NCBI RefSeq assembly: GCF_041146345.1
Contig: NW_027191413.1
Coordinates: forward strand, 558,001-622,000
Source: Neodothiora populina
Lineage: Eukaryota
DNA length: 64,000 bases
Direction: 5' to 3'
Shown here: positions 21,928 through 35,853 of the stretch, in pieces
Position numbering within the stretch: the first letter of the stretch is position 1
Layout: the number at the start of each line of letters is the position of its first letter
Notes under the pieces: model-generated
What the model was told of the DNA's origin: nothing
Database searches by the model: none
The model's input: only the letters and a program-made list of their open reading frames with translations
Made by a program: the position numbers and the translations under genes

Positions 21928-24200
21928 TAGTTTGGAATCAATTCGTTGCATAGCCACGATGCATGCGGGCGTTGCGCGCTCCTGAGCACTGAACTCTGCC
22001 TTGGCTGTCCTATCGTTGGGAAACTCCCAAGAATAGAGTTAATACCAGTTCGCCTAACGAACTAAACGGTTTTGATGTTGTCAGATCCCAGTATCTAGAT
22101 GAGTCCGACAAGCTTTGATGATCATATATACCTCTATACACCGATCAGATCTGTTCAGCATAAGGATGAGCCCAGCTCTTCGCCGAACCAAAAAATCATG
22201 GTAGTCATGGCCTTACGACGGTGTCCTGGACCGGCTCCTTTGACCGTCCGCTATGAGATCGCTAGCAATATCATATCGCAGCGCATCGCAAAGCTTCTTG
22301 TACCTTGCCCGTCCATTAAGTTTGACAGTCATTCCTAAGCATCGCAACAAGAGCCCGCAGATTGCACGAGAGCCAAGGTACCCTCTGTTCAAGTTACCGA
22401 GACTCAAAGTCTATTCAAGGTATCTCTTCGGCGCTCTGGATCACATTCAAAAAGTGCTCAACGGCTGTCATGTGCGTAACTTTATTGACGCCTCGAGAAG
22501 TTGGTCCGAATGCACCCACTCATGCGAATTCTTGAGCATTGCGGTGCATACCGCTGGTGCAAGTACAGTACCATAATATCTCGCATATTACATCGAGGAT
22601 ACGGCCCCACCCGTTCTAGGGGTCAGACTTGTAGAAATTACGAGGGACCACCAGGCTAGCGAACATTAATTCTTCATTAGGTTGTCTCGAACAAAGGATC
22701 ATCGACAATTGTGAAGTCGATGTTCATCGATCAATAAGCACCTGTGGCTTTTTCGTCGCTTCCGGTACCACTTTTCAGGAGTATTCAGCTCTCAGCGTGG
22801 GCTACTGTACATTCCTTGACCGCGAAACGTCTAGCCTCTGAATGCTCTCCCTCCTGAATGTAGCGTCGCATAAAGCAGCAAGGTATAATATTTAGTAGTA
22901 CTCAGCAGGTGATTGGGCACATCGCGTGAATGTGTGCCTTGGTTAAGACCTAAGCGAAAATGTTAACCGTCACCAAAAGTAGCTAGCTGACGCCTGTCGC
23001 CTGCGAGCCACGTATACAGTATTCGCAATGATAGTGAGTGATCTTGTGCCCATTCGTCGATGGCTAGCATATCTTAGACTAACCTCGTCGCAGAACTAAC
23101 ACTGTTCCGAAAGTACCTTGCTTTGGCGTTGCGCTCGGATGCACCGTTCGCCGTCAGGCTCCGATTCCAAGTAAGTATGACCTTGACTTTCTGATTCGTA
23201 GACGTATCAGACGTCTCTTACTCGGGACGCATTACTAGCAGATTACTAATGACTGTGGCAGTGTTGTAGCTATCCCAGTAGATGGACATGACAGGCCTCA
23301 TCATGTGTTGTGTTATACCTCAAGTTGTTCATCATGTTTCTCGGAAGAAATGGAAGCCGGGAACAAATGTTGAATTAAGCTTTTCACAGGGCAGCACCCT
23401 GCGGAGCTCGGCAAGTCCAATGATGGAAGCCCTGACAAAGTTGCGGAACACGGATCCGCCAGAACAAGCGATTGCTCCCAGTTGCCCTGTATCCACTGAA
23501 GACTGGGGCTGGACGGCTTGCTCGTAGGATCGGCGAGACGATCTTTCTCCACCAGCCCAGTGCCAAGGCATCATATACAGTCTGAGCCTCAGTGTTCGCC
23601 ACCTACTCATAATGACTGTCATTGTAACATTGACTGGACTGGGACACTCAGGCGGGAACTCGGCGATATGACTCGCCTGGGCGTTTCTTATATGCAAGTA
23701 CCTGGGCTTGGCGCAGCCCCTACCGACGCTACCGCAAGGCATACTCGAGGATCCGCCAAGTATCCGCCTTTAGCAGGTCGTCTCTGCCAAGCGCCCAAAC
23801 GGTGGTGTATTTGCCCATCTCACTTGGAAGCTTATGTTCTTGAGAAAGCCATATTTGTCACACGGCGATCGTGCTTGCCAGACCATGGAGGGACAATTGT
23901 TCGCCGCTCTGTCTGACAAACGTCTATTTTGCCATGGTCGAGTACCTTACCGAGACTTCTCGTCTCTTCACATTCCCTGAGTCCTCCAATGTGATAGCGT
24001 CTTCATAATAATATATTGACTATCCCATTCTTCGACACAATCGTTCTTTTTTCTTGAGGCTCATTTCATTCTGTGATCATTTTCTTTGAAATTTCATCTC
24101 AAACCACTAACTTTCTTTGAATCCTTGGCCACCGGCTCGTGCTTCTCTGGTAGTGAGCTGCCCTTGCAAGTCTGGTATTTCTAGCAGAGTCGTCTTCGTG

Positions 24201-26623
24201 ATGACCCCGCGGACACTTCTTCCCAAGGATGAACAGGGTTCGAGCGCGGGCCGCGACAGCACACCTCCAAAATCATCAAAGAGAAAAGCTGTTTCATCAG
24301 CGTGTATCCCATGCCGCAAGCGCAAGAGCAAGGCAAGAACAAGATCGAATCTTTGTATTGTTCGATTGCTGACTCTCAATCCAGTGCGATGGTGGCTTAC
24401 CCTCTTGTTCAACATGTGTAGCTGTCTACCGCACAGAGTGCAGTTATGATCAGGACACTGATCACCGTCGGAAAGGCGCACTACGGAAGGACATCCACTC
24501 ATTACAGGCCAAGAACAATGCTCTAGATGTTATTGTGAACTCTCTGCGATCTATGTCAGAGTCAGACGCATCGACTCTTGTGCAAAGCATCCGGCGAGGA
24601 GACCGACTCGACACGCTTGCCGATACTCTTAGTGCTGGTAATCCCGAATTGAATCTGCGTACTCTTGACACTGATCTCTCAGAACAAATCGGTACTCCGA
24701 GTAGTAGTTTCCATGGGTCGACACCCTTGCAGTCAACGAGTAGCTCGAGGAGCCCTAGTGAGCGGCACCGGACAGGGCAACAACCTCAAGAATCACAGCC
24801 AGATAGACCTGACGTCTGGTTCCGCATACCACAGGATGCCGAATTCGTGCAGCACTTGCTTGACCTATACTTCTCCTGGGTACATCCTAACAATGCTTTC
24901 TTCTCAAAAGAGCTGTTCCTAAAGGACATGTCCCACGGCCGCTCGAGATATTGTACCCCGTTATTGATCAATGCCGTACTGTCCATGGCATGCTTCTTCT
25001 CCGATCGCCCAGCTGCAGGAACAGCAGGCGATTATTTCTACAAAGAAGCAACAGAGCTCGACAGACAGACAGATGAAGCATCTCTATCGGCTGTGCAAGC
25101 AATAGCGGTCCTAGCTATGAGGGAGGCATCAGCAGGCCGGGACCATGTCAGCTATCGGCTATCCGGTAGATGTATACGCATGGCTATGGAATTGGGTCTC
25201 CACCTCAAGGATCCACCAGAGACCCAACAGGGGTTTCGCGCCACGGACACCGAGTTGCGAAAGATAACGTTCTGGGGCATCTTTAATTTGGAAATGTGAG
25301 GAGCACCCAGTCCTACTCGCCACGCCTCTCGGCCAGTTTATGTATCCATTGCTTTGCGAAAGAGCTTGCTAACGTTGTGCGACAGGTGCTGCTGTCTCTG
25401 TGTCGGCCGACCGTCAGCGTTGATGAGTAACGCCATCAGCTTGGACTTGCGTAAGCGCCTGTATGCTCCAAAGCTGACATCTTGAAGCTGACATGTCCTA
25501 GCCCAAGCCTCAGACGCAATGGACAATCTCGTCTGGCAACCTTACGTGGACGTGAACCAGCCGACAAGTCCAGTTCCACAGGTCCCCATGAAATGTCTCC
25601 TCTACATTCGCCAATTTAGCAAACTGCATCAGATCGTCAACAATGTGAATCTACATCTTTACGCTCCGAAGGAAAGGTTTACAGCCCGCAGATTGGCTGC
25701 AGCCTACAACGATTACCAAATCTGGTTCAACGAAATGCCCGAAGTATTCCATCTCCATAACACAGCGATGCCACATGTAATGAATATGCACATGTCATAT
25801 TACATGTGTGTCTTGCAGTATGTTGTCGGCCCCCTTGAACACATTTGTTCCAGCTAATTGACCTAGCCTTTTCCGACCTTTCACGAAACTCGACTTGTCT
25901 GCGATAGGACTATATCCACGAGAGATATGCACCTACTGCGCTACCGAAATTTCGAATCTTATGAATGCGATGCGCGGGATGTACGGACTGCGTCGCGTCC
26001 CGCTGTCCACCACCGTCACAGTCACCTCGGCTGCTACGATTCACATGATGAATCTTCCCTCGCCAGATGCCGCGCTGAAGTTCACCCAGGCTTTGCAAGA
26101 CCTGCACACAATGTCCATCAACCATCGTTACGCGGCATACTGCATCGGCATTATCGAGCGACTGTCAGAGCAGTGGGGAATAACATTGCCAGAGACTGCC
26201 AAGAACATTTCTCAGTTTCAACCTTCAGCTGATGCGCTGTACCCCAATACACCATATGTATCCGTCTTTTTCACTCAAGCTACGCTAAGTAATGATCCCT
26301 TGGACTCTCTTTCGAGTGGCGGACAAGTAAGGCATGACTCTGGAAGTGTTTACGAACCCTCCTTTGTGCAGCAGAGCTACACCATCCTCCCACAGCACGA
26401 CTACAGCATACCAATTCCTGGACCAGGAGTGCAAGATATCGGTACCCGTGGTCAGAGGTACTCTTCGACGCCTTTGCAGACCACCCCAACGGTTGGCTCG
26501 CAGACTTTGTGGCCACAGTACCAACCTCAGCAGATGATGCACACTGACATGTCTACGAATGACTATCACATGATGTCTTCTACGTCTGTCTTCAGCTACA
26601 ACCCGTACCATCCGCCGAATTGA
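24201..26623 (+). CDS. Zn2Cys6 transcription factor with fungal-specific TF domain (NirA-like architecture)
   Basis: Spliced ACIPCRKRKSK|CDGGLPSCSTC...ECSY. Introns 24333-24384 (GC-AG), 25296-25385, 25451-25501 and 25818-25866. HLLDLYFSW, RMAMELGLH, RKITFWG and HLFRPF. Confidence 0.88.
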
Positions 26624-29600
26624 ATTCTGTGTTCTCCGACCAGAACACCATCCACCTGCGGAACAGACTCCTCCGTGCAGCGTCCGATCGTCTGTGCGAC
26701 CTAATCTATGCTTGGCGTCTTCTTACGCAGGGAGGATCTCCAGTCTAGTCATTCTGGCTTGAGGGTCCGGGACATACACCGCACGATCATGGTAGCCGTG
26801 CATCACTGGCTTGATCTACCGGGATCTATGCAAGCCTGAATGTTAAAGCATTTTATACGTCTACTCGTACCCGTCCTTGTGTTAGATGTAGCCGAACCAG
26901 ACCGTTGCACATGCAATCCTAGTAAAAGCCAACAATAATCTAATATACCAATTTTCATAGCAGATTCGTCACAGAAAGAGCGCAACGTGCCTATACCTTA
27001 TAAACGACAAAGCACACGAGGCCAGCTTGCGCGCGCTAGCATCCTAGCCCAACTGGCAACTGTAGACCTCGACGTAGCGACAGAGTGTCCATGTTTGCTC
27101 GACTCGAACGGTTCTTTCGTGCGTACAGACATAACACTGCGCGCTCTAAAAACGCCTTGTGTAAATGAACATTGCCACTACTGCTGCGGAATATTGAACA
27201 CTCTCCCCAGCTAATTTCCTGCCGATCGGAAGCCTCGTCACGAAGTGTCCCATAAAACACTTCCGAGGAGCCGAGACGCCGAGAACTCTTGCCGAATGCT
27301 TTCTGCTTACGACTCATGCTGGTGCGGTCGCAAGGTCGTCTTCGCAAGAACGTAATGTCGGGATGCACCACACTGACGTTACCCACGTGTCATTGCTGTT
27401 TCCTGAATCCCGATTGTTCGTCATGAGTCGAGAGAAAGTTGGTACCGCCGAACCCTCTAGAGGAAGGAGATACTCCCGGACGAAGTTGGTTCGTGTCAAA
27501 CATGCGGTGTTCTCACCGCCGACCGCTAAGGCTATGATCGGATCGCACTATACTCATTATGTTCAGATGCGGAGCTTAGTGGTGTGGAAAGCCAAAGGCG
27601 AATTTGGTCTCGATCTATGTTATAACAGAGTTTACCAGTTTTCTGGTGCTCTCCACGAATACCGAAGAACCTACAAGTAAGGGATCCGTACCGATCCGGG
27701 ACACTTAAGATGGACAGAGTACGAGTAGTCCCCCTGATCTTTGTACAGCATCTCCGTGGTCGTACTGGTACAGTACGATAACGATGCTTCCTTCTGTACG
27801 ATTTTCTACTAAGCAATCTGCGTTACAAGTATCCTAATGCGGGAATGCTAAACGCGGAGGCAGGTCCGCCACGACGCCAAAGCTATGATTCCCATACTCG
27901 TACGCCTGCGGACCGCCAGTCATATCTTTCGAATATCATCGACGTGCTTAAATAGCTCGGCATCACTTGTAGACAAGAGATAATAGGCTAGGACGCTACC
28001 TTCACCTCTGGAGATCGGCTACGGATGATTTGTGATCATAACAGCCTGTGGTGCAGCACTGCCACCTACAACCATACATGCGACGTACACTTCGCAAAAG
28101 AAGATCGACAGCTGCCCAGGAAGAGGGGCGGACTCCGAGAACCTACCACCATGTGCTTGAAGTAGCATATGCATGCGTCTCATGGGACGCTAACATCCGT
28201 CAAATACAGTTTATTCGAAGCTTTGAGACCGAAATAAAGTTAGACTTCCGATCAACCCATCATTTATGCACTCACAAAACAGCGCGCGATGCTTAGCACT
28301 CCGCGAACATGATATACTGTGAATGAGGCACGGGAGGATAAGGTGGTGCTTATTAATCCTTCCTCCCTTTGCTTCGGCGCGGACTTTGTTTCGCAACGAC
28401 CGCAGTTGACAACCAAATTACTAGTTGAGCTAGAGTAAAACCCATTCTTTTAGTAGCTGAAGGGGATTTTAGCGAGAATCACTGTCGCTAACCTAAACAG
28501 CGAGTAGGATTGTTCTACCTATTCTAGACTAACAATTACAGCAGAGGCATAGGGGTTCACAGCATCTCTTGTTCCTAAGTGTGTCGCAACGTAAGTTCAT
28601 AAACGTACCGAAAACCGGTTTATGGACTCTTGTATCATTTTTGCACTTCTTACAACCTTTCCATTCTCGTTAGGTCCCTTGTCCCTAATATCTAGTGTTA
28701 GGTCACCGCCGAGGTAGAAGATGTCACACTTATCGATGGCTAGCTATGTTATTCGTATAAGACCACAGCTACTGTATTGTACATGACGAATACAAGGGAA
28801 GAACCTCATAAGTGGATTAAGTACCGGATACACTCCTCACTTCACTTATTCGCCCTCTCTACCTAATAATACCCACAAACCAGCGAGCCACCTAAACAAA
28901 GCCGCAGCACAGTAGTGGCTTCGTTTTATAAGTACAGTTCTCGGTCATTTCCGATGCTTACCCTACTTTTCCTCCAGCTAAGGCGGTGTCGTCTGCGGAC
29001 CTTAGCAAAGCATAGAGAAGCATGAAAAGCGAACACGAAAGCTAGCACAAGAGACCGTGCTGTACGCGTACGTCTTTCATGTTGCTCACACAACCGCTGG
29101 CATATCCGTTCGGAACCGTGCTAGATCTGGACCTGCTGCTACGACCGAGATCAATGCGCGCCACGCAATGTGCACATAGCTGTTAAACTGCGGCGACGCA
29201 TGTACAATTACTATATCCGGCAGGTAATAGCTTGCTTTCTAGGAGCGTTGACTGTACCGGACCGAGGAGGAGGAGGAGGCAGTTTAAGTCTGATGGGTAC
29301 CACGATCTGGCTCTGTTCTTTCTTCGTCGCTCTCTAGAGCTAGACCGTGGTCACTCCCCTTCTTCTGCCGTTTGGTTCATCTGACATTGCCATCGCGACA
29401 TGTATGGTTCGTATAGTATGTCGTGGCTCTCGGTGGTGTTGTCTGCTACGGCGAGGGTTCACATGTTAAAGGAACAGGTAGGTGGGCGCGTGCTAGCTTC
29501 TCTGCTTTGCTTGATCTGAACCATTTCACGCATTTGGGGAACATGGGCGGAAGTGCTTACTGAAAGGGGAGAAAGGACGATAAACAGCACTTGTGCAGTA

Positions 29601-29862
29601 CATGCGTTCTTTTCCTTCATGGTCCCATGAAGCAGAGAGCATAGGATGTCCTCTCGGCAAGCTCTTTGTCACAACGTGGGAGAGAAAAAGACACATTAGT
29701 TTCTTTGATTTGTTCTTTGCATTTGTTCTTTGCATTTTCGCTTGGAGTATCTATCGAGGGTTTGTAAATTTTTGACTTTGAAGAATAACAGGAAAAAAGG
29801 AGGAAAAAAGGAAGAAGAGATCTAGATAGACGTCTCTGGATATGTGTATCGTGTCCAACTTG

Positions 29863-31995
29863 CTAACCGCAAGCTTGAGCTGCGGTGTCGCCTGTGCTCG
29901 AGGGGAAAAATTAGTAAGTTTCGTTGAGCTCACGTTCGGTGCTTTATGAAGAGGAAGATGATAGGGTACAGAGGTGGATTCTAATGAGATCTTTCGGGAT
30001 GGAAACGCACCTTTCATCATCTTGGAGACGGAAAGTAAGACGCTAATGGCCATCACGATGCAGCCGAACGTCATACATGCATAGGCTGCGTACTATCATT
30101 GCCACGAAGAGAAGACGTCAGCCGGACCGCGCTCATAGACGACAACAAGCAAGAGGATAGATTCAAAAGAAGAAAAGCGAAAAGAAAACTCACGGTCTCC
30201 CAAGTCCGTCTCTTACTCAACTTGACGAAACAAAGCGGCGGCAGAATATACGCAAGCGCGCACGCACTGGTGGCGCCGACGAGTTCAAAGACGATGCCCA
30301 AGTCGCAGGTGATCAGACTCATCATCATGGCGGCAATGACCAGCGCCGTCGTGAAGATGATGTGCCTGTTCGGATCGAATGCCTCGTGAGGGAAATAATA
30401 CTCGGTCATGACCTCTCTGCAGACGAAAGCCTCAAGGGGCAGAGTCGTGAGCATGTTGAGTCCGAAACACAGACGAGCTATGTTGACCATAATGTTGTCG
30501 GTCGGGAAATTGTTGAGCACGTTGCCTTGCGTCAGGGAGCCGAAGTTCAGGTAGCCGCTCAGGGCCATTGTCAGACAGGCGATCATGGATACGAAGGTGC
30601 TGAAGTGAGTCACTTTCGCGAAGCGGTCCATCGTCGGTTTGCGCAGAGAGCCGTAGATGAGAAGGGAGTTGTGGTGGCACACAAATGCTGCGAGAGTGGT
30701 AAGAATGCGGTTCAGGACGACCCACGGCGAAGCAGTTGTGCGAAGAGCATAGAAATAGGCATGACAGGGGGTGGAACAAACCGAAAGAAATGACGCCTAT
30801 GGCTTGGAAGACGCCGTCGTTGATGAGCAAGGAGCCCTTGATGGGACCTCGCATCTCTGGAGGCACACGCGGACCTTGTGTGATGACGGTAATTAAAATG
30901 ATGATCATGCTGAGCAATGCCATAGTACTAGCTTTTGCAAGCTATACGTATGATGTCAGTGAACTGGGGAAACGATTTTAGATATGTTGTATTGACCTAC
31001 CTTTGATATGTCTCTATACAACGAAAGGGGATAAGAAATGCCAAGAATGAAAAGAACAATAATAGCTCGCCTGTCGGTCAGGAGCCAAAGGAAGTGTGTG
31101 TTTGCCAGCTTGGGGAAGACAGATGTCATGACGTGAGGGATCGTGTCTCCAACAATGATACAAAAGGCAACCATGCCACCGAAAGCGAAGGCCCATTGCG
31201 CAATGGAGATGGCGACGAGTCCAGATTTACCGTAGCAGTGCTCCATGGTGGCCTGGAAGGAGTTTGCGCCGCTGAGCTTGGAGTTTGTGACAATCAGTCT
31301 TATAGTCCAGTCAACGGTCACAGTCAAGGCAGCAAGCAGCACGACTCCAGTCAAGAGGCCGGCTTGCCTGAGAGCGTAGGGTTGGCCAATGATGCCTGCA
31401 CCACTATGACAACATCAGCGTCTCGGCGCGCACACACGACGCAGGATGAGGGAAACGCGCAGGGTAAAGAAGCATACATGATACTGTTGGCCATATTCAT
31501 AAAGGCACTTTTCATCCCACTCTTCGGTCGCGAGCTTTCCAGAAGGTCTTCGGGATTGAAGTCACTTTCGGCAACGATGATACTGGGAGCTTCGATATCC
31601 GTGAGCAGAGGAGCCCGTTGCCCGACCCTGTCTCTTCGCCCGCCATATCTGCTGCCGTGTCCGTTGCCGCCGCTCAGGTAGTCTTCCTCTTCCATCCAGA
31701 TGTGATCGTCCTCGTCGTCCTCGTGGGCGGAAACGCTATGCACCGAGTCCTCGACATCGAAGCGGACTCTGTTTTGTGTACGAGGCGTGCCATCAGCTCG
31801 GGGATGCGCGAGGGACGACTGTCTTCTGGGAATATGTATCGAGGGTCTCTGTTGTCGTGTTTGCGAATGTGATTGTTGCTGTTGTTGATCGCCTATGATG
31901 TCGCTGCTGCTGCTGTTGTCCGGAGATGCTGAGCGGGAGCGAGTGAGGGCTTGCAGCTCTTCCCCTTCGTGCTGGTGTTGGTCCTCTTTAGCCAT
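29863..31995 (-). CDS. Vacuolar amino acid transporter (Aa_trans family, Avt2-like)
   Basis: SGMKSAFMNMANSI, FQAIGVISF, CHHNSLLIYGSL and TQGNVLNNFP. Several introns; last exon GDTAAQACG* ends at 29863. Confidence 0.88.
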
Positions 31996-32398
31996 ACCCT
32001 ACTCATCGTTGCTCTATACCACTACTGTCGGCATGTAGGAAAACAGATTGTATTCCACGCAAAAGGCAACGTTGTATCAGGGGGGTTTGCTGCGGATACT
32101 ATTGTCAGCCCTCGACCATGGAGGATGGATGCGTAAACGTACGGCTTCCGCATGCGGACTAGCGCCGTACCTTGCTTCGCGTACAGTCTTGGAGATGCTC
32201 TACTACTATTTATTTACATAGAAATGCTCCTTTCAGTATATAGTGAGATGAAATGGAACTCAGGCAAAGCCATCCTGTCAAACTCGCAAAAGATTCCTTG
32301 CCGATAGCGATTTGCTACATCACTGCGTAGCACGCCGCTGATGTTTGTAAAATAGATAGATCTGCCATTTCTGTATTGTTCTCGCCATTCCGTTAGTT

Positions 32399-33705
32399 CT
32401 ATACGGTCGGCAGCATCTTCGAAATCCATCTCGCCATGTCAACGGCTTCCGTGCTTTCTAGTCCAGCTTCCTTGAAAAGGCCAGGCCAGTCCCTGACCGT
32501 ATGCAAATGCTGTTGTTCGAATACTATTTCTCGGAGACGTTCACACTTTTCTGGCGTTATGCCCCTGATATCCAAGTCAAGCCCGGTGAACACGCCATTT
32601 TTGACGTTCATGTGCACCTGAGGTCTCGTCAGTATAAGTTCGTAGCCATCAGAGATGCACTTACAGTGGCTGGTGCTCTAGCTGATCCAGTGGCCTTGTG
32701 ACCTGATGCGTACTCTGCCAAGTTGCTCGATAGCAAGAATTGTGGCGTTTGCAGATAGGTCCATTCGGGAGATGTTAATTCTGTCCATCCTTTTCTGACC
32801 TCTTCAATGTCCATCCATTCTTCACCGACTGACTCGGGGCTTATTGCTCCCCCGTACATCGCCCGGAATTCGCTTTGCACTTCATCGATGAAGTCATCGT
32901 TTTGCAGCAGAATATTGCCTACCGGACTACTCACGCTCTCTACGCCTCTGCCTGTGATGAAACCTTTCGCCGGGGAATGGAGGTAATGCGGGATGATTTG
33001 CAGATTAGGCGAGTTCAGCAGAGCAGTTCCGTGATGCAGAGCTCGGTGCTTGGTCAACTTGTACGCCGACCCTGACACTTTCAGTGCTCTTGGGTCTTCA
33101 CTTTGCCATGGCGTAGAGTGAGTGTCCTCTTCCGGTCCCCAGGGTCCAGTGTGAGTGGATTGTCCTTGATCGAGAACGATATCATGTCGTTCATTGACTC
33201 TCGATCTGGAAACATCAAGATTGCGAAGAGCTCGGACAACCATTTCGGCATGCTTATCCCTGGTGAAAGGACCGGAAGGCGATATGACTGCCCAATTCAC
33301 GTTCCCCTCGTCGTGGAAGACTGTGCCCCCTCCACTCCGCCTGCGCACGAGATCCACATCTCCGAGTCCAGGAGGTTCGGTCTCAGGTTTGGATTGAGCT
33401 TCAGATCCGGATCGACCGGCTTTAAGCAGGCCCAGATTCACCTCGATCCATGGGTTCTGATTGCGACCGATAATTATACTCGGCCGGTTGACATACAGGA
33501 ACAGAATTGATGAGTCCGGTGAGGACTTTTGCAACAGATAGTGCTCGATGGACAAGTTGATGTACGGATCACGGGATCTCGAGATATACGATTGCACAGG
33601 TCGGGACAAGTCATGGCTCAGCCGTGGATTCGATGTAGTCCCATAGCATCTCGCACATGCTAACAAAGCATCCGCTCTCTGCCTCCAGTACCGGCGAGGA
33701 ATCAT
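32399..33705 (-). CDS. AIM22: Mitochondrial lipoate-protein ligase A (Aim22/Lip3-like)
   Basis: IGRNQNPW, RRRSGGGTVFHDEGNVN, KVSGSAYK and HHGTALL. Intron 32618-32664; ends KMLPTV*. Confidence 0.88.
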
Positions 33706-34186
33706 GTACCTCGAGTATTGTTGTGTGAAATATTTGGGATGACTACCTTATCCTGAACAGAGATGCGGCTTTGCCTATGAGCCATGTCTTGGCAGCTGCG
33801 TTCGGTCCACTTGATGCACACATACAGTATATCTGTGGTAAGCTATAGAAAAACATCCATATAGTGTTTCGAAAATGAACACTCCTAGTATTGAATCACG
33901 TAAAGACGTATGAGGAAGGACGAAACCGTCGGAGGAAGGAAAGATCAATGACGAGGAATCTGTTGATATGGCACTCGCTACAAGCCGGTATTACATATGA
34001 ATACATCTAAGACTACTTCCATACCCCATGGCAATTAAAGATGCTTTTTCGGAAAGTTAAGATGGTCGCAAGCAAAAGTGAAAAATTTGGTATCTCAAGC
34101 GGATTCAAGGACTACTCCCGTGATGCCCTGCACTCGACCCCTCCCAATCGTCCCCAAGATTGACGAACATTGTCGAGACAGCTGGT

Positions 34187-35403
34187 TCAGTAGCCGTTCA
34201 TGTTGCCACGCTGGCTCTGTCGGCTCAATTCGCGGTCTGCGCTGGGGGAAATGGGTCTTGAGGGGTATAGTCAGTATTAAAACAGCCAAAGTGACAACAA
34301 GTTTGTTTACCTGCTGCCGCCATGACCAACAGCACTGCTCTCCTTGAGTGCAAGCAGTTGCTTGGCTCTGAAGCTCTCGTAGTGGATCTGACTGGTGGTC
34401 TCGATCAAATCTTGCAAGTGAGTGCGGGTAAGGAAGTTGCGCAGGTAGACAAATTCGCAATGGGTCTCATCTTCGCAGTTGATGACGCCCCATCTGTTCT
34501 GTCTGCCACGGACGGCTTGCCCGTTGACGTTGATGGTCTTCTCAGAACCGACAACAGCGAATGGGATCAGAGACTATGCGCAAAAGGGTCAGCACAAGTC
34601 TCGGTGCAGACTTGGTTGCAATTTGCTTTTCCCAAGACAAGCTTACCTTGATCTGCGAGTTCACTGCAGACTCCTCGGCGTCGTACTCCTCGTTGTCGTA
34701 TGGGTAGAGTCTGATGCTGTGGAATGCGAACTCCTCCTTTATTCTGTCTTTGAATGCCTGTCGCTCCTCCAGGGTAAGACTATCAGCCTTTGCGATAACA
34801 GGGACGACGTTGACGGTCTCGCTCAGCTTCTTGAGAACGACAATGTCGATGGGCTTAAGAGCGTGGCCAGATGGCTGAATAAAGAACAGGCAGCAGTGGA
34901 TGCGGGTGTCCTGAATGTAGCGGTCGCGTTGAGCAGTAAGCTCCTTTCGGAGGTAGGCAGAGTGCTGATCCTTGATGTACTTGACGATGGGGTCCCAGCA
35001 GCGGTCGTTGTTGACTAGGTCGCCATAACCGGGGGTGTCGACAATGTTCAAGCGCAGTCTGACGCCGTTCTCCTCAATGATGTGAGAGACTGGGTGGATC
35101 TCGGTGGTGCTGCGAATGGGTTCGGAGGGGGTGAGACGACCCTTGGAATCGATGAGGTGTGATGCGAAGATGGTGTTGATCAGGGTGGATTTGCCCAGGC
35201 CAGTCTGTCCTATCGAGGGGTCAACAAGGCGATTGTGCCAGAAATGTGATCATCAAGGGACCACGCATACCAACACAGATAACGTTGAATTGGAAGCCTC
35301 TCTTCAACAACTTCTTTTCGATCTGAGAGGTGATGCTGTCAAAACCAACGTGGCTCTTAGGAAACACCGACTGGGCGGGTTGGGCGTGGGCTGCGGTAGC
35401 CAT
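34187..35403 (-). CDS. CDC10: Septin Cdc10/AspD
   Basis: HVGFDSITSQIEKKLLKRGFQFNVICVG|QTGLGKSTLINT, DTPGYGD and IAKAD. Three introns; ends RGNMNGY*. Confidence 0.95.
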
Positions 35404-35646
35404 GATGCGCTCTAACGAGAGACTGAGTATGAAAGAGGACTGAAGGAAAAAGAAAAGTGGATTGGCGTGTTAAAGACGCGAACGGAATCGAAGAGGCGCA
35501 AAGAAAAGATGGTGTGTCGGTTACAAGTGGACAGACGAGCACAGGAGTATGATACCAGCACAAGGTAATGGAAGCTGGAGAAGGTGGAAGGTGCCTGTGT
35601 CTCCTTGGGTGCATGTCAGGGTCCACCCCCGACTGCCAGGGGGAAG

Positions 35647-35680
35647 GAACCACTTGAACCACTTGAACCACTTGAACCAC
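35647..35680. repeat. 9-bp tandem repeat (GAACCACTT)x3.8 in the CDC10/MRPL32 bidirectional promoter
   Basis: gaaccacttgaaccacttgaaccacttgaaccac seen directly. Confidence 0.9.
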
Positions 35681-35853
35681 AGTCGCCAGTGCAGAGAGGA
35701 AGCCGCGTATGCACGGGCCACGCAATGAATCCAATCGGGACTTCGCAATCCATCATCTTTATCTGCTGTGGGAACAAGAGCCGGGCCTTTAGCAACACAT
35801 TCCAAGTACGAAGACAACCAGCCTCTCTCCTGCCTCGAGAATCACCAGCAACA

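Noticed and set aside
32214..32429. 71-aa ORF as a further lipoate ligase exon
   Set aside because: The spliced frame already ends at 32399; this ORF is out of frame and in the 3' region.
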